NCBI GenBank assembly: GCA_964485025.1 | Contig: CAZAGY010000001.1 | Coordinates: 1 to 32,068, forward strand | Origin: an uncultured Gammaproteobacteria bacterium | GTDB lineage: Bacteria > Patescibacteriota > Patescibacteriia > UBA2591 > UBA6264 | Length of the DNA stretch: 32,068 bases | Reading direction: 5' to 3' | Shown here: one piece after another, positions 1 to 7,725 of the stretch | Position numbering within the stretch: the stretch's first letter is position 1 | Layout of the letters: the number at the start of each line of letters is the position of its first letter | Position numbers and translations under genes: made by a program | Notes under the pieces: model-generated | Told to the model about the DNA's origin: nothing | The model's input: only the letters and a program-made list of their open reading frames with translations | Databases searched by the model: none

Positions 1-1
1 C

Positions 2-1189
2 GCTCAAGACATTAAAGACCCTAAAAATAAAAAAGTAATCGTTAAAGCCAATGAAATTATCGGCAGAGATAAAGCTGAACAGGTAAATGAAGCTGACCCC
101 GAAAAAGTTTGGATTCGTTCAATCCTTACCTGTAAGACAAGTCGGGGAATTTGCGCCAAGTGTTATGGTAATGATTTAGGTTACAATCGTCCGGCGGAAG
201 TTGGCGCGCCGGTTGGAATAGTGGCGGCTCAAAGTATTGGCGAACCGGGCACCCAGTTAACTTTAAGGACGTTTCATACCGGCGGTGTTGCCGGTCAGGA
301 TATCACCCAGGGCTTGCCTCGGGTTGAAGAGCTTTTTGAAGTACGGCCCGTAAAGAAAAAGGCCGTTATGGCTCATCATGACGGAGTGGCGGAAGTTATC
401 CAGGAGAAAGATCAGAAAAAAATAATCATCAAGTTTAAAGGAGAGAAAACAGAAACCTATTTGTTAGATGAAGAAAAAAAATGGGACATTAAAGTTAAAA
501 ACGGGCAGGAGGTTAAAAAAGACGAAATTTTAGCCGTCCTTGATAAAAAGAAAATAAAAGCTAAATATAAGGGTAAAATAAATATTAAAGACAATATGAT
601 TCAGGTTGTCTCTAAGGGGGACGACGAAGAAGAATACGATGTTGCCGGGTATGGTATTTGGATTAAGGACGGAAGTAAAGTGACGGCCGGACAACAGCTG
701 ACAGACGGAAGCCTGGACCTCCATGAACTTTATGAGTTAAGGGGCAGAGAAGAAACGGAAAAATATATTTTAAAAGAAATTCAGTATATTTATTCCTCCC
801 AGGGGCAAAAATTAAATGACAAGCACGTGGAAATAGTCATTCATCAAATGTTTTCTCGTTGTCTGATAAAAGACGGCGGTGATACAGACCTTCTTCCCGG
901 AGAATTAGTGCCGAAGTCATACCTTTGGGAATGTAATCGAGAAATAAAAGCCGTTGGTAAAAGACCGGCCGAAGCTCAGGAACAATTAACGGGAATCACC
1001 CGCGTTTCCCTCAGTACGGACAGCTGGCTTTCCGCCGCTTCATTTCAAGAGACTTCCAGAGTTTTGGTCAAAGCGGCCATTAGTGGCCGGCCGGATTATT
1101 TAAGGGGCTTGAAAGAAAATGTAATTGTTGGTAGATTGATTCCTGTGGGAACGGGACTAAAGGGCTTTGTCCGAAATTTGGAGCGTTAG
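2..1189 (+). CDS. rpoC: DNA-directed RNA polymerase subunit beta' (C-terminal part; 5' end lies outside the window)
   Basis: The frame is open from base 2 (AQDIKDP...CKTSRGICAKCYGNDLGYNRPAEVGAPVGIVAAQSIGEPGTQLTLRTFHTGG...). It carries the invariant beta' motif AAQSIGEPGTQLT-RTFHTGG and the C-terminal SWLSAASFQETxxVL...GRLIPVGTG signature. The track ORF start at 221 is an internal GTG. Confidence 0.95.
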   Translation, partial: AQDIKDPKNKKVIVKANEIIGRDKAEQVNEADPEKVWIRSILTCKTSRGICAKCYGNDLGYNRPAEVGAPVGIVAAQSIGEPGTQLTLRTFHTGGVAGQDITQGLPRVEELFEVRPVKKKAVMAHHDGVAEVIQEKDQKKIIIKFKGEKTETYLLDEEKKWDIKVKNGQEVKKDEILAVLDKKKIKAKYKGKINIKDNMIQVVSKGDDEEEYDVAGYGIWIKDGSKVTAGQQLTDGSLDLHELYELRGREETEKYILKEIQYIYSSQGQKLNDKHVEIVIHQMFSRCLIKDGGDTDLLPGELVPKSYLWECNREIKAVGKRPAEAQEQLTGITRVSLSTDSWLSAASFQETSRVLVKAAISGRPDYLRGLKENVIVGRLIPVGTGLKGFVRNLER

Positions 1190-1217
1190 CGAACGAATTT
1201 TGGTAACAAAACCTTTA

Positions 1218-1273
1218 CCCTGTTAAATGCCGCAAAGAGGTAATTTCGCCTTTGGCGAAATTATTTAACAGGG
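1218..1273 (+). terminator. Nested inverted repeat downstream of rpoC (possible terminator or attenuator)
   Basis: The outer arms ccctgttaaat (1218-1228) and atttaacaggg (1263-1273) enclose the inner hairpin aatttcgcc-ttt-ggcgaaatt (1242-1262). No clear T-tract follows, so terminator function is uncertain. Confidence 0.4.
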
Positions 1274-1406
1274 TGCTCAAATTTATAAGAACCTACTCGC
1301 TTCGCTCGCAGAACCTTGAAATTAAATATCTATTAATATAAAAATTAAAGCAATTTAATTATAATAAAATTTAATTCGCTTCACTCTAAATTTTAACAAA
1401 TTTGGC

Positions 1407-3704
1407 ATGGCCAAAAAAAGAAAGCTAGCCAAAGGCAGCCTGTCCGCCCATTGGCGGAGGTCTGCCTCCCGTTCAGGGTCTGAGGACCCCTCAGGGTCTC
1501 GAACGACTGGCGGAAAAAAAGAGTCCGGATTTTCTTTGGACGTCCAGACGAGGCGTTTTATCGTCGCCATAATTTTATTTATTTTGGCGATTATTTTATT
1601 TTTAGGATTAATTAATCTGGCCGGGGCGGCCGGAGAATTTTTAGTTTCGGTTTTAAAAATGGCTTTTGGCTGGGCCAGCTGGTTTATTCCGATTTCCTTG
1701 TTAATAGCCATATTTTTGATTTTAAATTATCAAAAAATCAGGGAAATGAATGGCGCTCTTGAAAAAAAACATCCTTCATTTATGGCCCGATGCGTCAGTT
1801 TGTTTTTTTTAATTTTATTTCTGGCTTCAATTTTTCATTTGTATTTTATCAACGATAACTTGGCCTTGATTGAACACCGGGGCGGCGGATACCTTGGTTA
1901 CGGCGTCAGTTACCTGATGATAAACACTTTTGGTTTCTGGGCCGGCTGGGTGATTTTATTCGGATTTTTAGTCATTGACCTGATTATAATTTTTACCGGT
2001 TTTATTACTCGCCGTTCATCCGCTAATGGGGCGGGTTTATCCGCCGATGAGGCGAAAAGAGGCGAGAAGACGGACATTTTGATTCAACGAAGTTTATTCG
2101 AAAAATTTTTCAATAAAGTAAAATTAATGTTCAGAAAAAAAGAAAAATTGGTTTTAAAGCCGGAATCAACGGAAAGATTATTGGAAAGACCGACAGAAAA
2201 TGAGGTAACGGAAGAAGTGCCGGTTAAAGTCAAAAAAAGAAGCATCTTCACCAAAAATAAGGAAGAAATAGACATTTCTTACGTAAAGATTGACAAGAAA
2301 ATTGATTTGCCGATAAGTTTATTGGAAGCCGATTCAACTAAACCCAATGCCGGAGATATAAAAGAAAATAAATTAATCATTCAGAAAACTTTGGAAAATT
2401 TCAATATCCCGGTGGAAATGGGGGAGATAAAAGTCGGGCCGACCGTGGCCCAATACACCCTTAAACCGGCTGACGGGATAAAATTGTCTCAGATAACCGG
2501 ATTACATAACGACTTAGCCCTGGCTTTGGCCGCTCATCCCATCAGAATTGAAGCTCCGATTCCCGGGCAGTCTTTGGTGGGGATTGAAGTTCCGAATCAA
2601 AAAGTGGCGGTCATCAGATTAAGGCAGATTCTATCGGATGAAATTTTTAAAAACAGGAAGTCAAACCTGACGGTTGCTTTGGGTCGGGACGTGGCCGGCA
2701 ATATTTGGCTCGCTGACATAGGAAAGATGCCCCATTTATTGGTGGCTGGCGCGACCGGCAGCGGAAAAACCATTTTTCTCAATGCCGTGATCGTCAGTCT
2801 GATTTATCAGAATTCTCCCGCTGACTTAAGGTTTATTTTAGTTGACCCCAAAAGGGTGGAATTGACCCTTTACAATGATTTGCCGCATTTATTAACGCCG
2901 GTCATTACCAATGTCCAAAAGACAATCAACGCCTTAAAATGGGCGGTTAATGAAATGGAGCGCCGTTTTGACGTAATGGCTGAAGCGAAGAAAAGAGACA
3001 TCCATTCATTCAATGAGGCGAATCCGGAAAATAAACTGCCCTTTATAATTATCATTATTGATGAATTGGCTGATTTAATGGCCGTGGCAGCCCAGGAAGT
3101 AGAAGCCTGCATCGTTCGTTTGGCCCAAATGGCCAGAGCCACGGGCATTCATCTGGTTATGGCCACTCAGCGGCCTTCAGTTGATATTATCACCGGTCTG
3201 ATTAAAGCCAATATTACGTCTCGCGTGGCTTTCTCCGTGGCTTCTTTAATGGATTCCCGGACCATTCTGGATTTTTCCGGAGCGGAAAAGTTGCTGGGAA
3301 GGGGAGACATGCTGTTTATGTCGGCGGAATTATCAAAGCCAAAAAGAATTCAAGGCGCTTATGTTTCCGATGAAGAAGTAAAAAGAATCGTTGAACATTT
3401 AAGGAATATTACCGAACCTGACTTTCAAGAGGATATCACTGACAGTCGGCAGGCGGGGTCGAATTTAGGGCACGGTGATTTAAAGGAGGATGAATTATTG
3501 TCTCAAGCCAGAGAAACGGTTATTCAGGCCGGCAAGGCCTCGGCCTCTCTTTTGCAGCGCCGTTTGCGTATCGGCTATGCTCGGGCCGCGCGGCTTCTGG
3601 ATTTACTGGAGGATGAAGGGGCAATCGGGCCGGCCGATGGAGCCAGACCAAGAGAGGTATATCAGAGTTTCGACGATAAAAATCAAGACGAAGGAATACA
3701 ATAA
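1407..3704 (+). CDS. ftsK: DNA translocase FtsK/SpoIIIE
   Basis: The N-terminus has several transmembrane segments. The motor domain has Walker A GATGSGKT, Walker B IIIIDELADLM and MATQRPSVDIITG. The C-terminus has the gamma winged-helix ASASLLQRRLRIGYARAARLLDLLEDEGAIGP. The exact start is uncertain because the first 40 codons are an atypical GC-rich basic segment. Confidence 0.95.
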   Translation: MAKKRKLAKGSLSAHWRRSASRSGSEDPSGSRTTGGKKESGFSLDVQTRRFIVAIILFILAIILFLGLINLAGAAGEFLVSVLKMAFGWASWFIPISLLIAIFLILNYQKIREMNGALEKKHPSFMARCVSLFFLILFLASIFHLYFINDNLALIEHRGGGYLGYGVSYLMINTFGFWAGWVILFGFLVIDLIIIFTGFITRRSSANGAGLSADEAKRGEKTDILIQRSLFEKFFNKVKLMFRKKEKLVLKPESTERLLERPTENEVTEEVPVKVKKRSIFTKNKEEIDISYVKIDKKIDLPISLLEADSTKPNAGDIKENKLIIQKTLENFNIPVEMGEIKVGPTVAQYTLKPADGIKLSQITGLHNDLALALAAHPIRIEAPIPGQSLVGIEVPNQKVAVIRLRQILSDEIFKNRKSNLTVALGRDVAGNIWLADIGKMPHLLVAGATGSGKTIFLNAVIVSLIYQNSPADLRFILVDPKRVELTLYNDLPHLLTPVITNVQKTINALKWAVNEMERRFDVMAEAKKRDIHSFNEANPENKLPFIIIIIDELADLMAVAAQEVEACIVRLAQMARATGIHLVMATQRPSVDIITGLIKANITSRVAFSVASLMDSRTILDFSGAEKLLGRGDMLFMSAELSKPKRIQGAYVSDEEVKRIVEHLRNITEPDFQEDITDSRQAGSNLGHGDLKEDELLSQARETVIQAGKASASLLQRRLRIGYARAARLLDLLEDEGAIGPADGARPREVYQSFDDKNQDEGIQ

Positions 3705-3706
3705 AA

Positions 3707-4372
3707 ATGCCTTTTACCAAGAAAGAAATAAAAATAAACACTTTAGGCGGGCTTTTAAAACAAGCTCGTCTTTCGCAAGGATTAAAACTGGAAGAGGTTT
3801 CTAAAAAAATAGGCATAGAAGTGAAATATCTCGAATTCCTGGAAGCGGATGATTTCTATAAATTACCGAGTTCAACTTACGCCCGCGGTTTTTTAAAAAG
3901 ATATTCTGAATTTTTAAAACAGGACGCGGAAGAAATTATCAAGCAGTGGAATTTAAAATACCACCATCGGGAAAAAGATTTTCCAAAGGAAAGGATGAAA
4001 AAAGAAAACTTTTTGGAAAAAATCAATCCTAAAATAGTTTTTATCGGCATCATTGTATTATCAGTTATGTTTTATTTCGGTTGGAGCGCGAAAAAAGTTT
4101 TATTTGCTCCGAAAATTGAACTTTTATTTCCTCTTCAAGATACGGTTGTTAAAGAGAGGCCGTTCATAATTCAAGGGAAAACAGATTCCCAGGCGGACGT
4201 TTTCGTCAACAACCAGTTAGTGGAAGAATTTGAAAAAGGAATTTTCCAACAGAGGATAGATCTTTTGCCTGGTTTGAACACTATTGAAATTTCCGCTAAA
4301 AAGAGGTACTCTAAAAAGAGCATTATTTATCTTCAAGTGGTATTTGAAGAAGGACAAAATTTAACAGAATAA
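3707..4372 (+). CDS. RodZ-like helix-turn-helix membrane protein
   Basis: The N-terminal Xre-type HTH ([58 protein letters not shown]) matches the RodZ N-terminal pattern. One transmembrane segment ([17 protein letters not shown]) and an extracytoplasmic beta-rich tail follow. The start lies 3 nt after the ftsK stop. Confidence 0.7.
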   Translation: MPFTKKEIKINTLGGLLKQARLSQGLKLEEVSKKIGIEVKYLEFLEADDFYKLPSSTYARGFLKRYSEFLKQDAEEIIKQWNLKYHHREKDFPKERMKKENFLEKINPKIVFIGIIVLSVMFYFGWSAKKVLFAPKIELLFPLQDTVVKERPFIIQGKTDSQADVFVNNQLVEEFEKGIFQQRIDLLPGLNTIEISAKKRYSKKSIIYLQVVFEEGQNLTE

Positions 4373-4389
4373 AAATAATATTCAACCAT

Positions 4390-5409
4390 ATGGTTAAACA
4401 ACAAGAAGAAACTCCCCGTCAAAAAGCGGCCGAAATGGCGGTGGAGCAGTTAAAAGCCCGCTTTGGAGATGGAGCGATTATGAAAATGGGAGAAGCTAAA
4501 AGGATGGAAGTGGAAGTTATTCCCACCGGCTGTCTTTCTTTGGACTTGGCCTTGGGTGTCGGCGGTATTCCCCGCGGCCGGATAATTGAAATTTTCGGTA
4601 TGGAGATGAGCGGTAAAAGCACTTTAACCCTGCATATGATTGCTGAGGCCCAAAAAAGAGGCGGTACTGCGGCTTTTATTGACGCCGAGCACGCCTTAGA
4701 CCCGGAATACGCCAAAAAGATAGGGGTGAACATTGATGAACTTTTGATTTCTCAGCCGGATACCGGTGAACAAGCCTTGGAAATTGTGGAAACTTTGGTG
4801 CGGTCAAACGGTGTTGATATCATTGTCATTGATTCCGTTGCCGCTTTAACGCCCAGAAAGGAAATAGAAGGCGAGATGGGGGACCAGCAAATGGGTTTAC
4901 AGGCCCGTTTAATGAGTCAGGCTTTAAGAAAATTAACTAGCATTGTCAGTAAGACCAAGACGGCAGTCATTTTTATTAATCAGATAAGAATGAAAATAGG
5001 AATTATGTTCGGCAATCCGGAGACAACCACCGGAGGTTTGGCCTTGAAGTTTTATTCTTCCGTCAGAATTGAGGTCAGGCGGTTGGCCCAGATTAAAAGA
5101 GGAGAAGATGTCATCGGCAATAAAGTAAAGGCCAAGATTGTCAAGAACAAAGTGGCGCCGCCGTTTAAGGTCTGTGAATTTGAGATTATGTATGACGAAG
5201 GCATTTCCTGGACTGGAGATTTGTTGAATATAGGGGCTAAACACAATTTGGTCAAGAAATCGGGCAATACTTTGAGTTATGGCGAAAACAAGCTGGGCGT
5301 CGGTTGGGAAAATGCCAAAAAATTTCTGAAGGACAACAAAAAGGTGGCGCAGGAGTTAAAAAAAGATATTTTAAAAGCCATTAAAGAAGAAGAAAAGCAA
5401 GCCAAGTAA
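4390..5409 (+). CDS. recA: Recombinase RecA
   Basis: The protein is RecA-like along its full length: [30 protein letters not shown]-loop [39 protein letters not shown] and [17 protein letters not shown]. Confidence 0.97.
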   Translation: MVKQQEETPRQKAAEMAVEQLKARFGDGAIMKMGEAKRMEVEVIPTGCLSLDLALGVGGIPRGRIIEIFGMEMSGKSTLTLHMIAEAQKRGGTAAFIDAEHALDPEYAKKIGVNIDELLISQPDTGEQALEIVETLVRSNGVDIIVIDSVAALTPRKEIEGEMGDQQMGLQARLMSQALRKLTSIVSKTKTAVIFINQIRMKIGIMFGNPETTTGGLALKFYSSVRIEVRRLAQIKRGEDVIGNKVKAKIVKNKVAPPFKVCEFEIMYDEGISWTGDLLNIGAKHNLVKKSGNTLSYGENKLGVGWENAKKFLKDNKKVAQELKKDILKAIKEEEKQAK

Positions 5410-5441
5410 AAGGAATAAAAAAAGAAAATCCGTAATATATC

Positions 5442-5475
5442 AAAAATCGCCGTTAAAGGCGATTTTTGTTTTTTG
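5442..5475 (+). terminator. Rho-independent terminator after recA
   Basis: A 10-bp stem, aaaaatcgcc (5442-5451) paired with ggcgattttt (5458-5467), has loop gttaaa and is followed by a T-run (gtttttt). Confidence 0.75.
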
Positions 5476-5627
5476 GTTTTTCTAATGAGGTCGGACCTCT
5501 TTAAATCTAAAATTCCGTCCTCACCCCAACCATCCACACCCCCTTACCTGTAATTATTTATCAACAACGTTATTATACTGTTATATGTTAAAAAACACAT
5601 ATTTCGGAAACAAAACAAGACTAAATT

Positions 5628-6239
5628 ATGCAATTTATAGAATTTAAAAGAAAATTAAAAGATTTTGTTATTTTTAGCTTGAATGATATTCGTAAAATTG
5701 AGGCCGATTTTGATTTGCGTCGTCTTAACGAGTGGGCTGGCAAAAATTATATAAGAAAGATAAAGAGGGGATATTATATTTTTTCCGACCTGCTGATAAA
5801 CGAACAAATTTTATTTTTAATTGCTAATACCATTTATCAACCATCGTATATTTCCCTGGAAATGGCTTTTTCTCTATATAATCTTATTCCCGAGGGGGTT
5901 TATAAAATAACCGCGATAACTTCAAAAAAGACAAATAATATTAAAACTGACATTGGCAATTTTACATATAAACACATTAAGCCTGAATTAATGTTTGGTT
6001 ATGAGCTTAGAGAATATGACAATCATCGCTATTCAGTGGCCGAAATAGAAAAAGCCGCGCTTGATTATCTTTATCTTAATTCTCATATAAATAGCAAAAA
6101 AGATTTTGACGGCTTAAGGTTTAATTTTTCCGAATTTAAGATTAAGGCCGATATGAATAAGTTTAAAAAATATTCTAACGCTTTTCATAATAAGGCGTTA
6201 TCTGTTAGAGTTAATAAATTTATATCTTATCTTAAATAA
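5628..6239 (+). CDS. abiEi: AbiEi-family antitoxin/transcriptional regulator (type IV TA / abortive infection AbiE)
   Basis: The N-terminal pattern FSLNDIRKIEADFDLRRLNEWAGKNYIRKIKRGYYIF matches the AbiEi N-terminal winged-helix (...G.l.ri.rG.Y). It sits 2 nt upstream of an AbiEii gene, which is the typical operon arrangement and size. Confidence 0.75.
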   Translation: MQFIEFKRKLKDFVIFSLNDIRKIEADFDLRRLNEWAGKNYIRKIKRGYYIFSDLLINEQILFLIANTIYQPSYISLEMAFSLYNLIPEGVYKITAITSKKTNNIKTDIGNFTYKHIKPELMFGYELREYDNHRYSVAEIEKAALDYLYLNSHINSKKDFDGLRFNFSEFKIKADMNKFKKYSNAFHNKALSVRVNKFISYLK

Positions 6240-6241
6240 AT

Positions 6242-7018
6242 ATGCTCAATCTTTCAAATATAGAAAAATATTATCCGGAAAACGAGCGACTGTTCAAGAA
6301 AAGCATTTTGCGGGAGTATTTGCAGTATAAGATTTTAGAAATTATTTTTAATTCAAAAATTGGACAAAAATTGTCATTTCTGGGCGGGACAACCCTTCGC
6401 ATTATTTACAACAACAGTCGATTTTCCGAGGATCTTGATTTTGATAACTTCGGTCTGAGTAAAAAGCAGTTTGTTTCCCTTACTGATGAAGTTAAAAACG
6501 GATTAGAGTCTCAGGGATATAAAGTTGAAATAAAAAACGTATTTAAGGGCGCGTGTCGTTTCTATATCAAAATACCCGGTCTTTTGTTTGACAATAAAAT
6601 GTCTAATATGCAAGATGAAAAGATTTTAATCCAAATTGATACGGCTCCGCATTTTTTTAATTATACGAGAGAATTAAAAATCATCAACAAATTTGATGTT
6701 TTTACCCAGGTTTATACGACGCCTCTTGATATACTTTTGTCGCAAAAAATTTACGCCGCATTAAATCGACCTCGAGCCAAAGGCAGGGATTTTTTTGACA
6801 TTGTTTTTCTTTTCCCCCAAACCGAACCTAACTACGAATATCTAAAAGAGAAGATCGGCATTAAGGATGGGTCGGGATTAAAACAAACGTTAATATCCAA
6901 AACTGCCAATTTTGATTTTGATAAATTAGCTAAGGACATTGAGCCGTTTCTTATCAACGCTGATGATGTTAAAAAAGTAAAAATGTTTATTCCCTATATT
7001 AAGTCTTTAAAGTTTTAA
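6242..7018 (+). CDS. abiEii: AbiEii/AbiGii-family nucleotidyltransferase toxin (DUF1814)
   Basis: It has the hallmark N-terminal motif LREYLQYKILEIIF...LSFLGGTTLRIIYNNSRFSEDLDFDN (GGTaL...RfSEDlDF) and the C-terminal RAKGRDFFDIVFL (RxRDxxD) motif. Confidence 0.85.
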   Translation: MLNLSNIEKYYPENERLFKKSILREYLQYKILEIIFNSKIGQKLSFLGGTTLRIIYNNSRFSEDLDFDNFGLSKKQFVSLTDEVKNGLESQGYKVEIKNVFKGACRFYIKIPGLLFDNKMSNMQDEKILIQIDTAPHFFNYTRELKIINKFDVFTQVYTTPLDILLSQKIYAALNRPRAKGRDFFDIVFLFPQTEPNYEYLKEKIGIKDGSGLKQTLISKTANFDFDKLAKDIEPFLINADDVKKVKMFIPYIKSLKF

Positions 7019-7021
7019 GAT

Positions 7022-7070
7022 TACGCGGAACAATAAATTGGGCGTTGGTTGGGAAAACGCTAAAAAGTTA
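7022..7070 (+). pseudogene. Diverged remnant of a recA 3' segment (codons equivalent to Y297-K311 of the intact gene)
   Basis: tacgcggaa-c-aataaattgggcgttggttgggaaaacgctaaaaag aligns with recA 5278-5322 (tatggcgaaaacaagctgggcgtcggttgggaaaatgccaaaaaa). After a 1-nt indel it translates as [12 protein letters not shown], identical to RecA, and nearly all differences fall at third codon positions. It starts 3 nt after the abiEii stop. Confidence 0.7.
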
Positions 7071-7100
7071 AGGAGCCTCGTTCCTCAAATTCAGCTAATA

Positions 7101-7133
7101 ATACAAAACCCTCTTTTGAAGAGGGTTTTGTAT
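7101..7133. terminator. Bidirectional intrinsic terminator (perfect 15-bp stem)
   Basis: atacaaaaccctctt-ttg-aagagggttttgtat lies between convergent genes, with abiEii and the recA remnant on + and the 7152..7547 ORF on -. A- and T-rich flanks occur on both sides. Confidence 0.75.
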
Positions 7134-7151
7134 TGTATTGAAAAATAAGTT

Positions 7152-7547
7152 TTAATTCCGGTTGGGAAAAATTTGAAATTCCTTCAGCATTTTGATTTCT
7201 TCTTTTTTAAGAATATTCTTATTTTTAAGAAATTCAATTAAGAGTTCAACTTTTTTATCTTGTTTTCTCTGCCGGACGATTACAGAACCCTCTAAATCTG
7301 ACAATTTATCATCAAGATAGGATTTGGTAACCATATTGTTTTCTACTCCATCTAATCGGTTTTCTACTCCATCTAATCGGTTTTCTACTCCATCTAATCG
7401 GTTTTCTACTCCATCTAATCGGTTTTCTACTTTGATAAAATGTTTATCTATTTTATCAAAAGAGGGCTTGATAATTTTTATCGCCAAATCGTCAATTTCA
7501 TCATTCATTATTCTTTTTATTTTTTTCAAATCTTTTTCTTCAAGCAT
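7152..7547 (-). CDS. Small coiled-coil protein with perfect VENRLDG heptad repeats (function unknown)
   Basis: The 131-aa ORF contains VENRLDG x4 plus VENNMVT, encoded by identical 21-nt units. A consensus sigma70-type promoter lies 27 nt upstream of the ATG. No family was recognised. Confidence 0.6.
   Translation of the reverse strand: MLEEKDLKKIKRIMNDEIDDLAIKIIKPSFDKIDKHFIKVENRLDGVENRLDGVENRLDGVENRLDGVENNMVTKSYLDDKLSDLEGSVIVRQRKQDKKVELLIEFLKNKNILKKEEIKMLKEFQIFPNRN
7338..7431 (-). repeat. Tandem 21-nt repeat, 4 perfect copies plus a 10-nt partial copy
   Basis: The unit gttttctactccatctaatcg occurs at 7338-7358, 7359-7379, 7380-7400 and 7401-7421, with a partial copy at 7422-7431. The copies run head to tail with no spacers and are in frame with the minus-strand ORF. 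Confidence 0.95.
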
Positions 7548-7573
7548 ATTTTTATATTTATCTCTTATATCCT

Positions 7574-7601
7574 ATTATATCACCCTTAGGCAAGATGTCA
7601 A
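7574..7601 (-). promoter_or_regulatory. Consensus sigma70-type promoter with extended -10
   Basis: The minus strand reads TTGACA (7601-7596), a 16-nt spacer ending in TGa, then TATAAT (7579-7574). The ATG at 7547 lies 27 nt downstream of the -10 element. Confidence 0.5.
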
Positions 7602-7659
7602 ATGGCATATAAAAGATTTATGTTTTCATGTTCCAATGTTTTTTCCAATCCCCAATTGA

Positions 7660-7725
7660 CCAATTACCCGACTCTCTTTTATATAATCCCAATTACCCAA
7701 TTACCCAATTACCCGACTCTCTTTT
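7660..7725 (-). repeat. 21-nt direct duplication of the wzz 3' end plus an 8-nt tandem repeat (CCCAATTA)
   Basis: ccaattacccgactctctttt occurs identically at 7660-7680 and 7705-7725. Between and overlapping these copies are four C3 runs (7688-90, 7696-98, 7704-06, 7712-14) separated by aatta. Confidence 0.85.

Noticed and set aside
1407-1560. The ftsK 5' end is a GC-rich segment. It has a 9-nt direct repeat tcagggtct (1473-1481, 1491-1499) and small hairpins (ggagg-tctg-cctcc at 1456-1469; ctgagg-acc-cctcag at 1480-1494). This could be a leader RNA element or a mis-called start.
   Set aside because: The segment is in frame with ftsK and encodes a basic, Ser/Gly-rich tail plausible for an FtsK N-terminus. 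No known riboswitch or leader consensus was recognised. The true start (ATG 1407 versus a downstream TTG near 1546) cannot be decided from sequence alone.
5487-5499. The palindrome gaggtc-g-gacctc downstream of the recA terminator could be an AbiEi operator.
   Set aside because: It lies about 130 nt upstream of abiEi, far from any convincing promoter. It is only 6+6 bp and has no second copy. This is not enough support.
5521-5545. The C-rich 9-mer tccacaccc is shared between the spacer left of the AbiE cassette (about 5533-5541) and, as its reverse complement, the spacer left of the nuclease cassette (about 29900-29908). This could be an att-like junction site.
   Set aside because: Only 9 nt match, with no extended alignment around them. 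The word is absent from the other cassette junctions. It is too weak to call without a genome-wide frequency check.
7338-7431. The 21-nt perfect repeats could be a CRISPR array or a regulatory iteron array.
   Set aside because: The units are directly head to tail with no spacers, are shorter than CRISPR repeats, and are in frame within an ORF where they encode a clean heptad (VENRLDG). No cas genes are present in the window.
7628-7640. The 13-mer atgttccaatgtt is shared with the capD stop region (8809-8821). This could be a capD 3' remnant downstream of wzz.
   Set aside because: A single 13-nt match is within chance expectation for all-versus-all comparison of a 32-kb AT-rich window. The flanking sequence does not align and the reading frame is not preserved.
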